A stretch of DNA of 60,977 bases, the filler included, from Dimargaris cristalligena (Eukaryota), in NCBI GenBank assembly GCA_003614675.1. It is 4 parts of 4 records of this genome, joined end to end, with 100 filler letters (N's around TTAATTAATTAA, not from the genome) between each part and the next. Parts side by side here need not be neighbours in the genome. Positions count along the whole stretch, not along the records: positions 1 to 15,202 come from ML002906.1; 3 more parts are not named here. One strand, written 5' to 3'. Numbering within the stretch: position 1 is the stretch's first letter; each line of letters starts with the position of its first letter. Positions 1 through 12,000 of this stretch are shown piece by piece. The notes under the pieces were generated by a model. That model did no database searches and was not told the origin of the DNA. It worked only from the letters and a program-made list of their open reading frames with translations. A program made the position numbers and the translations under genes.

Positions 1-1
1 G

Positions 2-3000
2 CAACGGCCGTGCCTGAAGGGTCTTGCGGTCGGCCTTGCCCACGGAGGTCATCGGGATACAGTCCAATATGACAATAAAGTTGGGCACCATATATCGTGG
101 GAGTTTAGAGGTGAGTTGAATTTCAAGGGCTACCGTGTCAACCGAAGTGGGGGCAATGTAGAGAACTAGTTGCTGTTGGGTAACACACGCAACAGCGTTT
201 ATAACGCCCTCAATTGATGAGGCGGTGTTCTCGATTTCGCCCAGCTCGATACGGTAACCACGCAGTTTGACCTGGAAGTCTTTCCGAGAAATAAACAAAA
301 CCTTGCCACTGGAAAGCTGGCAGACGAGATCTCCAGATCGATACAAGCCACCGGGGCCAAATGGGTTAGGGACAAAGGATTTAGCTGTGAGTTCAGGTTG
401 CTTCCAATAGCCCGAGCCAACGCCAACACCGCCAATGCAGAGTTCGCCGGGGACACCAATGGGGACGGGCTGAAGTTGATCGTCGAGAATATAGCCGTGG
501 GTGTTGGCTATTGGGTAGCCAATTGAGATGGGTTCATTGATTTGGACCAAGTTAGCGTGACACCCGATCGTGATTTCGGTTGGTCCGTAAAAGTTGTATA
601 GCGAAACATGTTTACACCACTGATGGCCGACACTAGTAGGAAGGGCTTCACCAGCGGTAATCACTTTGGCGATATTCGGATACCCGGATGGATCGATGGT
701 GGCCAAAAGGGAGGGTGTAATAATGCAGGTATTTACCCTAGTAAGGGTATCCGCGAAATTTCCGTCCATCAGTACCAATGTGCCCCCTGAGTGGAAGGTA
801 CCCAAAATTTCAAAGAGGCATCCATCAAAGGAAATGTTCAGAAGTTGTAAGAACCGGCATTCGGAGTCGAGTTGGGTGGTCTCACAACTGGATATGATGA
901 AATTGACTAGTGACTCGTGTCGCGCCGGGATACCCTTGGGCCTACCAGTGGTGCCCGAGGTAAATACGATATAAGCCAAATCCCAAGGCGCGCGAGTGGT
1001 GTCCGGTTGAAACAAATCAGTGACCATTCCATGGGGATCGATGGTATCGACGAGGAAACACTGACTTTCTAACTCACGAATATACCCCTTGAATCGCTCG
1101 AAATACTCTGTTGTAGTTAATGACCAAGGATCATCCAAGAGATCAAATGAATATTGCAGGCGGTCAGTCGCGTTGGTTGCGTCCATTGGGACACAAACCC
1201 CGCCGGCCAGTAGAACACCAAGATAGCTGAATATAAAATCGACAGAATTATTGAAGATCATAGCGGCAAAATTCCCAGGTTTGAATCCGCGTTGTTGCAG
1301 GGTCAGGGCAATGCAACCCGACCGATGGTAAACCTCTGCGTATGTAAAGTGTCGACTCGAGGTCTCGAGTGCAATAGCATTAGGCTGAGTAGCAAGGTGT
1401 TGGGTGAATAGCTGGTAGGCCAGCCAATGTCGCTGGGGGAATTCATGGACGGGTCCCTGGGCCCATTTCTCAACAAGCTGGGCCTCGTCAGTTGGAAGAG
1501 TCATAAGCTCACTCAAACTAAGGTGTGGATCGTTTACCATCATGGTTAAGCAATGATTGATAAACCACATCAAATAAATGGCGTAGGAATCGTCGCAGTG
1601 GGCAATATCGTAAACCAAGTGACAGTCCAAATTATCACCATTGTCCAAAAAGCTAATAGCGTAGGCGTATTCGGTGAAATTTTGCCCATCACGAAGCTCG
1701 AAAATAATATCGGAGTTTGTAGTTTTTGGTGTAGAAGATGGGAAATTGTCGTACACCATGAGGGAATTAAAGAGCTTGGTTTCAAGGTTGATTTCACCCC
1801 ATTTGTAGATATCAAGAAGACCACACTGCTCAAATGTGGTCAGATCACCAGATTGGCGGTGCAGGCACTGGACGAAGTTGGTAACGGAGGCCGATAGGTC
1901 CAGAATCACTCGGAAGGGCAGGGCATTGATGCACATACCCACCATATTCTGGATACCTGGTACGGAAACGTTACGGCCCGAAGTGAGAACACCGAATGAT
2001 ACTTCATCAGACTCGCTCAGGTAGCGGGACAGAGTAAGGGCCCAAACACCGCGCAGGAGGGTGTTAAGTGTTATGCTTTGCTGGCGACAGAATGCGTGCA
2101 GGCTTGACAAACTTGACGACAGTGTGGAACGATATGTTCCATACCCGCATACCAGGGGTTCTGGAAGGAAAACAGGGAAGTGGATCGGTGGAGTGGGTCG
2201 GGCATTTCCCAGATGGGTTTGCCAAAACAGTTGGTACTGGGAGTTGTTGGTACATTGAAGGTGGGAAATGTAGTGGCTAAACTGAGGGGAGGGCGTCAGC
2301 TCGGTGCCGTGGTATAAGTCAACCAGTTGGGCTAAAATAATATTATGGGACCAGGCATCGAGTAGGCCGTGGTGAAAGGTGAAGAAACATAAATGGCGGG
2401 AATTGCTAGTGGCAGGTGAAATGAAGAGGGAGATTCTTAGTAGAGGTCCGTCAAAAGTAAACCCGCGTTGACGGTCGCCCGCAAAGTAGGTTTTCTCCAG
2501 TGTGGACCAGTCGTCGACTATGTTAGTATTGATGGTCCATTCAATGTCACACCGCTTCGTGATAACCTGGAGGAACGAGTGAGTTGACAGGGATCCAGGC
2601 TGGAAAAATTTAGCTCGCAAGATGTCATGATGCCCAGCCAGCTGGTGCCACGCTTCCTGGAGGCGACTTACGTCCAAGTCCCCAGAAATGGTAAAGGACT
2701 CCTGCACCATATACGAGCTTGGGTCTTTCAGGGTACTGACGAGGAAGCCCAGTTGGAGCCCGGAAACCGGCAGAATATCGGTGATTTCACTCAAGCCCAA
2801 TTGCAGCCGGGAAGCGGCCTCTTGAAGGAGGGAGTCCCTGGCAGCGGAAGAGTTACTCACTTCGCCCAATAGGCTATATGGCTCGTAGTGGGTAGATCTA
2901 TGTGTTTCTGATTGCCAGTCAGATTTGGAATTATCTGCGGCACATTCGGCCAGCTCAATGATATTACTACACTTAAACACTTGGGCGATTGAAATATACA

Positions 3001-6000
3001 GACCACGGTCTCGGCAGAGGGAGGACAGGCGGATAGCAGAAATCGAATCACCGCCGAGTTGGAAAAAGGAGTCGTGAATGTCAATCTCAACACTGGGAAC
3101 ACCCAAGGTCTGGCTGAGGGCCTCGACAACCAGGACCTGTCCCGAATTCTGTGGGGCCGTAATAGTCCGCGTATTATTCATTGAGGTTAACTCGGCAATT
3201 CGGGCAGCCAGGGCATGCTTATCGGTCTTGCCGTTGGTATTGCGGGGTAGCACAGCCAGGTTAAAAATGGCGCTGGGGTTCATGTAGGCCGGTAGAATCC
3301 GACCTATATGAGACTTGACGGACCCGATTGGGACTGGACAGGGGCAAACAAATGCGTAAATTCGCTGATTAGCAATTACCACGGCGGCACTCTGCACATC
3401 CGGATGGCCGAGTAAAACCGTCTCAATCTCCTGTGGCTCCACCCGGTGACCACGAATCTTAACTTGGTCGTCCTGCCGGGCAAAATACTCAACGGTGCCG
3501 TTGACGAGCCAACGGCCGGTATCCCCCGTTCGGTAGAGGAGACCCTTGCCAGTAAAAGGATTGGGCAATAATCGTTCACGGGTAAGTTCTGGCAAATTGA
3601 TGTAGCCTCGGGTAACCTGAATACCCGCTACGCAGATTTCTCCCCGCACCCCGACCGGCACTGGCTGCAGATTTCGGCCAAGAATGTAGGCCTCGGTGTT
3701 GGGAATTGGCTTGCCAATGGTCAGCGTGTCGCCTACTTTATATTCGATGGTATGTGAGAGAAGGCACTCGGTGGGACCGTACATATTGAACACGCGACAG
3801 TGGCCTGCCCAACGCTCGGCCACTTGACGAGGAAGGGCCTCTCCTGCGGCCATGACCTTCTTTAACTTGGGGTACTTGGATGGATCCAAGGAGGCGAGCA
3901 CAGTGGGTGTGGCCACCAAGGCCTCCACCAAGGGAAGCGCGTCCAGAATATCCGTACGTATGACAATGGTACCGCCTTTGCACAAGCCGGTGAAGATCTC
4001 CAGCAACGCACAGTCAAACGTCAGGGCCATGTTCTGCATCACGCGTAACCCAGGGGTGATGCCGACTGTCGACTCGGCCTGTTGAACAAAGTTGGCCATC
4101 AAGCGATGTTCCAGCTGGACGCCCTTGGGCCGCCCTGTGGTACCTGACGTGTAGAGGATATGCGACAAGTTGGTGGGTTTGATGCAGGGCAAGGGTTGTA
4201 GTTGGTCGGAGGGCAACTGGAGAGGGAGGAGCCAGTCAGCAATGGCAATGCACTCAATACCAACAAGGGCCAGCCGAATAGACTCGAGTTTGCCTTGGTC
4301 GGCTGTGTTTGTCAATACTAGTTTGATACCGCAGTCCCCCACCATGTAGCTGATTCGGTCGACAGGGAAGGTGGGGTCGAGGGGCACAAAGGCGGCTCCT
4401 GCCTGGAGGACACCCAGAAAGGCCGCAATAGTAGTAGGCAGCCGGTCGATTAGAAGACCAACTGGTGCCTCGCGTTGAACGCCAAAATGCTGCAATCGGT
4501 GGGCCAGGTTTGTCGTTTGACCATACAATTCCTTGTAGGTCCATTGGGTGTCCTTGTACTCAACTGCAACGGTATCTGGAATAGTCTCGGCAGTACCAGC
4601 AAATAGGCTGGGCACACAGGCATCGAAATCGATGGCCAGGGCTGGACGGGCAAATTGTTCAGTGACCAAGGCGATATCATTGGTGGATAGCATTGGTAGA
4701 TCGTCAATGAGAGTGTGGTTTTTAGAGTCTGTAAGGGCGCCAACCAGTCCATCGAATAAGGTACACAAGTGCTGGGACAGGGTTTCGACGTAGCACCGAT
4801 CAATCAGAGACGAATCCCAGCTCAGGCACACGGTAATTTCCCCATGCTCCACTTGGGCAATAACTGCCAAAGGGTATTCCGTGGATTCAACCGACTTGGT
4901 GTCCGTAAAGGTGATTGTATGGCTCAAGTCGCCCAGTCCGGTATCGGGGTAGTTCTCAAACACCACTAGAGTATTGAACATGTCGCTGGGACGGACCTCG
5001 CCATCTATCCACCCATTGATCTTCGCCAAATGGTGGTGTTCGAACGGAACCATCTGCTGGGAAGTAGAGTTGATGGCCGAGACAAGCTGTGATACGGTCA
5101 AATTTGAACCAAAGTGGACTCGGAAGGGCACGGTGTTAATGAGGCACCCCAGAAGAGAATCGATGCCAGCTAAAGGGAGTGTCCGACCAGACACCGTGAT
5201 ACCATATATGATATCAGCCTGGCCGGTGTAACGGTTCAGGAGGATGGCCCAAGCAGCTTTAATGAGGGTATAGGGAGTGTATCCCAAGAGCCTAGCAACT
5301 CGCTGAACCCGGTCATAATCCGAGAACAGGGTAAAGTAAAACTCGGTCTTACGGGACTTGGGCATGCCGGAAGGTTTGGGGAGCTCCAACTCCGTGGGCT
5401 GTTCGACCCCTTGAAGGTAGCCATGCCAGAATGATTCGGCTTCGGGACTGTACGTATTCAAGTAATACCCAACGTAGTCGCGAAATGATAGGTCAGCGAC
5501 ACCTTCGGCCGGGGATGCGTTTTGCAGACGGCTCCGGAGTTGTTGAATGATAAGCCCAATCGACCAGCCATCGGCCAGGGCGTGGTGAATGGTTAGAAGG
5601 TAGCGGAACGAATTGGACGACAGCTGCTTGACACAGACTCGGAGGAGTGGCTCATCGAGCGCAAACCCCCGTGCCTGGTTCAGCTGTAAAAAATGGTCTT
5701 CACTGTCTGCCTTTACATCCGTCCACTCGTGGAGGACCTGCCAATCGAAGCGTGGGGCTCGGGTGATTATCTGGACACCGTCACAGTGCCGACTGCTCCA
5801 GGTAGTTAAAAACACTGTGCGCAGAATGGTATTGTCGGCAACCATGGCCCGGGTTGCGCCTAACAGCTGATTAGGGTCCGAAATACCCGTTACGGTGAAG
5901 GCCAATTGGACTAGGTATTCCGAGGGGTCCTTAGCCGTAGTCGTCCACATGCCCTGCTGCATGGGTAGCATGGGATAGAGGTCTTCGACATTGTGTGGGG

Positions 6001-9000
6001 AAAGGCCTACGGTGATAAGCTCGCCCTCAAGTTTCGCCAGCTCAGCTAAAGAGGCGCGCAGGTCAGGGAAATCCGACGGGATCCATAGAGTGGGGGGCGG
6101 AGACTGGTTGAGATATTGGGATAACCTGACCAGGAAGTTCCGGAATTGGCTCAAGAAGGACTCGATAGTCCCTGTCGCTATGACCTGCGGACAATAGTTT
6201 ACCGTGAATACCAGCCCAGAAGACGTGGGCAAGCCAATGATCTCCAATAGCTGTGCCCGGAGCTCATCAGAGTCGCAGAAGGCCATATCAGAAGTCAGTT
6301 CGGGGCGAAGTGTCCAAGGGGCACGGCCCTGCTGGGTTAATGTCCCATGGTCTACTGTATGTCCCAGGTAGTTAAATGCCACCTCAATCGGCACATACGG
6401 CCGATTGGAGTTTGAAATCTCAGGGCGGCTTAGCAGTCTCTGGAGGCTATTTTGTAACCCATTGGTGCCACCCGACGAGCGGAGGGCCTGTTTGGCCTGT
6501 TTAATAAAATCCAAATCTGCTGTGCTGGAATCGACTTGGGCCTGGCAGGGTACTAGATTGGTAAACCAGCCAACAGTGCGGCTGGGGTCAAGGCTAGTAT
6601 CCCATGGATGACGACCATGTGATTCATTGTAAATGGTGATGTCTGACGCCTGTGTCAACGAGTACAAGGCCTGGAACAAGCCAGCGAGTATCACCTCCAG
6701 AGGTTGGATAATATGGGTGTCAATCCCAAGCAGGGCATCCGAAGAGGTACTATCTAGGGTAACTGATAGACGCCGCGAATTGCCCTGGGTATTAAACGCC
6801 AAGTTATCGGGACTGGTGAGAGGTAAAAATGTTGATAGTATCGGGGTCGATGGCTGATCAGCCACAGGGCAAGGTTGGTTGGCCCAATCAGTCAACTTTG
6901 TCGCCCAGGTCGGAAATGGGAGATGCTGTGGTACTGGCGGCTGGCCGTCTAGGAGTCGGGCTAGATCATCCAATAGAATTGACCAAGATACCAAATCCAC
7001 TACCAGGTGGTGGATCGTCAGAAATAGCAACTGCCGAGGAGATACCGAGGATGTGATGGGGCTGTGAGAAACCGATTCGGTGGACAGACTGGTAATATTA
7101 TCCGAGATGGTAATGAGACCCGCAGCCAAGTGGTGGCCCTGAGAGATGTCAAGTGAGGACTGGATCGACGTGAATTGGCCAGAACAGTTGGACAGTGGGG
7201 CAGTAACCCCCAGTACGGGAATGGGTAGATTTGAAAATGGTGGCAGTATGCATTGCGACCACTGGTTGGGTGATTTAGACGTGATCCTGGAGAATTGACA
7301 GCGCAACATATCGTGGTGGTTGATCAGACGAAGAAGGGCGGTCTCAATCTGGAGGGTGGAGAAAGGCCGGGTCAACTCCAGGGCAAACGACTGGTTGAAG
7401 TGGTGAGGGTTGTGCCAGGGGTGGTCGAAGAACCACTGCTGCAATGGGGTAAGCGGGAACGGGCAGTGGTATTTAACAGTTGGATGTAAATTACTCTGGC
7501 CAGCGGCAGGGTCAACAGATTCCATATTACCGACAACATCACACAGGGCTTTTGATCCTAGTATTGCTGAGGTGGGTAGGACAAATCCCAATTGGCGGCA
7601 CTTTGACGAAACTTGAATGGCCGAAATTGAATCACCGCCAAGTTTAACAAACGACAACTGCAGATTAATCTGGCCAGAGGTTAATCCAAGCACATCGCCC
7701 AATGCTTGGGCTAGGGCCCCCAGCGGTTGTTTTGACAACGTTAATGCGGAATCAGATAACGGTACCTGCTTCCGCTGAGAGGCCAAATACTCGGTGAAAT
7801 GGCTTTGAAGATATTTGGTATCACACTTGCCGTTGATAGTGAGAGGCACTGTAGGAAGACCCATGAAGTAACTGGGTATCATGTAGGATGGCAAATAATC
7901 GGTTACAGCAATGTGAAGTTTTTCACTGTCGGCGGCGGTTTCGGGGAAGATATAACTGACCAAGAATTGGTCATGGACAAAAACAATGCAATCCTGGACC
8001 CCGGGCTGACGCATCAAGACGCTACGAATCTCGTCCAGTTCGATACGGAATCCCTGGAGTTTAACCTGACTGTCCATGCGGCCTATACACTCGACCTGCC
8101 CATTTGGCAACCAACGACCCAGGTCTCCGGTGCGGTAAATTTTGCCTCGACCGGTGAAGGGGTTTTCAACGAATTTGATGGGGTTGAGATCGGGCCGGTT
8201 AATGTAGCCACGGCTGACACCAACGCCCCCGATGCAGATTTCGCCAATGGCCCCGATGGGAACCAGCTGTAGCTGGCTATCCAGAATGTAACACTCGTAA
8301 TTGGGGATCGGACGACCAATGGAGATTGGGCCAGTCAGCGAAACTCGAGTAAAATGGCTAGCGATGGTAGTCTCGGTGGGCCCGTAGCCATTATAAATAT
8401 CGGATACAGCCGCCCATTTATCAGCCAACTCACGTCTGAGAGGTTCACCCATCAGGCATAGTTTCTTGAGATTGGGGTAGTCCGATGGATTAAGTCTGTT
8501 GATTACTGACGGAACTAACCAGGCATGGTCTACATGGTGCAAAGTATCTGCCAAAGCATCATCGTAGAACACCAATGTTGAACCAGAGCACAGGGTAACG
8601 AGTGAAATAAGGATAAATGCATCGAATCCGGGGGATGCACCCATCATGACACGCTCATCCGCTACTCCGAAGTCCTGGAATGCGGGATTACAGACAACGT
8701 AGTTGAGACTACTATGGTTAACCAGCACCCCCTTGGGCAGACCTGTGGTCCCCGATGTGAAAAGGATGTAGGCCAAGTCATTAGGGCGATTATGGTAGAT
8801 CTCGGACATGCTATCAGAATTGTCAATGTTCTCTAGTAATTCAGACAGAACTAAGGTATTAGGTAACTGAGTAGGCGAGTTGGTGGTGTTTAGAACAGCC
8901 TTGCATTGTGCAGTTTCGATAACATACATTTGTCGTTTTACCGGCAGCTTACAGTCTACAGGGACATATACTGCCCCTACAGCCCAGACTGCCAGCATCC

Positions 9001-12000
9001 CAATAATCGTATCCGGGTGATTGGCGACAATGACGCCGATCGGGTCTCCCGGCTGAATCTGAGCATTTCGCAGCCCAGTGGCCACCGAATGAATGCGATC
9101 CATGATATCAAGGTAGGTCCAAGCCTGACCGGATATCTCCGTAGCTGAGTGATCGGAATATTGAGCAACCGCCTGGCTGAATTGCCATAGTACTCTCGCA
9201 GGCAACCTCTCGGCCGATGCGTCAGTTAATGGGCCCCCAAGCGCAAATTCCTGGAGCAGGATGCGAGACTCGTCAGGCGAAACCATTGAAGCGCTGGCCC
9301 ACAACCGCTCGGGGTATAAACAGGCTTGCGAATAGTGGAGGAAGTTACGTAGTAAGCGCTCGGCCGTCAAGCTTGCCATTATATCTGCATTGAAGCGAAG
9401 CTCGCACTGACTAGTGGAAGCCGTTTCCCGGATAATTAGTTCCAGGTCGTACGTGAATAGCGAGTGAGAGTTTCTGGGATAAATGGCCTGGGTGCCATTC
9501 CAACCAAGTTCGTTATGAGAATCTGAATAGAACGAAATCCGGGCTCGAGATAGACCAGATAGACGGATAAGACCAACGTGGTTCACAAGCGACGAATAAA
9601 ACCCGATTGGCGGAGTTGGATGGCCCATGGACTGACGGTGTTGAAGACTAGCATACTCGACCAGTCGAGGGATATAGCTTGGCCAATTACCGGAGAAGCG
9701 AATCGGTATATGGCTGGCAGGTTGTTCAATGGTTCTCCCCATTTGAATACCGGACAGGTCTTCCGAACTGCTGTAATCGACGATAATATCGTCCTGGCCC
9801 GTCAATCGCCTTAGAAATGAGGCGAAGAGGGCCAGCCAAATGTCGCCTTCAGCCAATGAATCGGATAGTTTAAGACCCGCCAAGGACGCCATTAGACTGG
9901 AGTCGAGTTCAAGACCTGCTATGGCAGATTGGAAATTCGGGAGAAGGGGCCGAGGAAATTCAAGGGGTAAAGTGAGCTCGACTGGAGGATCGCAGAGAAG
10001 GGTTCTCCAATAACTGTCATCAGTGCCCTGAAAATCACAGTGGCTGGAGTTCAGTTTGGTCTCCAATGGACTGCATCGATCCGGAAAAATTACATGCAGC
10101 TCCGCACTTAAGTGGCTGATCATTCTGGTGAATAAATAATCTTCGGCAGCAATATCATGAACTCGGAAGCATACGGCGGATGATACACCGCCCCCACTAG
10201 GTGTTGGAAAATGGTACAGGTCCACCTGGAGAAGAGCCCCACGATCAAGGTTGAGTTTGGCCTCTTGCGAGAATATTTGGTCGAGAGCCAACGACTGGGC
10301 TGTCATCATTTGGGTTTCGGTGACTTCAATTCGCAGCCGAGATAGAACGCAACACGTCAGTTCGCCATGGAGAGGGATAAACCGATATCGAAGGGACTCA
10401 AACTCAGCGGATAGGCGGTCAACAGCCCGCTGGACGACCTGCAGTTGGAGTTCAGCTTCCGAGGTGAGCACACACTGGTGGAAGAAGTTTGATACGGTAT
10501 TGCCTAGTCGACTGAGAGTCCAGATTTTCTGTTGTCGGTCGGTAACCGGCTGAATCCGATAACATACAAGCGCCGACACTGATAAGTCAATTCCAGCCTC
10601 TTCGACACTCAACACGCCCGAATGCTTGGCTGGACCTTGCTCGATTTGCTCAAATAAGATGGATGATAGCATTCGAAGATCAGGGCACTTTATCAAGTCC
10701 CCCAGGGGAAACTTGACACCGAATTTCGAGAAAATGCGATATTGAAGCAATTCCAGTTGGGCCAAGGTGGCCCCAGATGAAGTTCGAAGAAGGGGGGCAG
10801 TGGAGTAGCCGAGGGAGGGCTTCAGTGAAACGCCTAGCTCATTCACCACCACAGTGAGCCACCATTCTGTTTCTGACATTGATTCAGAATGGCGAAGAGG
10901 GACGGTGGCGAGGTATGCCTGGGCGAAGTGTGGCAAAAGATGCTCAGCAAGCTCGGTCACGTGGGGAAATGCGTGGATCGAAATAATAGCGTCAGGTACT
11001 AGAGCAGACGGAATGGCCGGAGAAGTCATGGATGCTGCCAGTTGGGAAAGGTCTGCTTCAGCAGGGTTGTCTACCAGGGCGACTAGTTGACTGGTGGGTA
11101 GCACTACACATCTCGGAGATACGGCACCGGCACCAACTAGCGCCTGAGACAGGGTGCCCAGGTGCACTTGCTGCCTCTTCAAAACCACTCTTTGGGTGAC
11201 AGGACCTAGCAAGTGCGTTAAACCGCTATCATCATGATAGCCCAAGACCGACCGGTTAGTTAGGGCTGCATAATCGGGTGACGATGGGCCAGAGAACGCA
11301 AGGCGACCGACGACCCCCGGGGGACAGAGATGACCATGGCCATCCAACACGACCAGGGAATAATGGATAGAGGGCTTGTTCAAAATGGGGAAGGACCGGG
11401 ACGCCAACTGCTCCTTAGTAACCAGCTGGTGGCCATGGAAGATGGATTCAATAAACGATATGCAGATGTCGGAGGTATTGAATAAACAGGCGACATTAGG
11501 CCGGTTCGTCTGGGATAGGTCACAAAGAACAAGCCTATTCCCTCCATCAGAACCCTTGGACAACGACGAATCAGCCGCCACCGCATGCCACGAGGTTGGC
11601 GTGGTATACAAATCCAGAGGCAAATCGGGACCAAGAATCGCCTGATGAGACGATAGGCACGCGAGAATGAGCCAGGCGGCTTGGGGGCTATCCAGGGCCA
11701 GCGAATGGTCAAGACTAATATGCTCTTTGCCGAAAATGTAAGCCCGTGTTGAGGCTAGGGTGCGCTGGATACACAAGCCATCGACGGTGGAAAATGACAG
11801 ATCATCCGATTTAGTCTTAAAAACAAAAGTCAGGCTAAGATCCTGTTGATCGGTGGGGGGCTTGAATTGATGAGGTGTTCGTGTGTCGTTGATGTGCTCG
11901 TCAACTGCATTTGGTATGGAAATCAATTCCACAACCCAATTCAGACGCGAATGGACTTCTTCAAATTTAGAAGATGGTAGCCATACGGCGTGGCTCTCTG

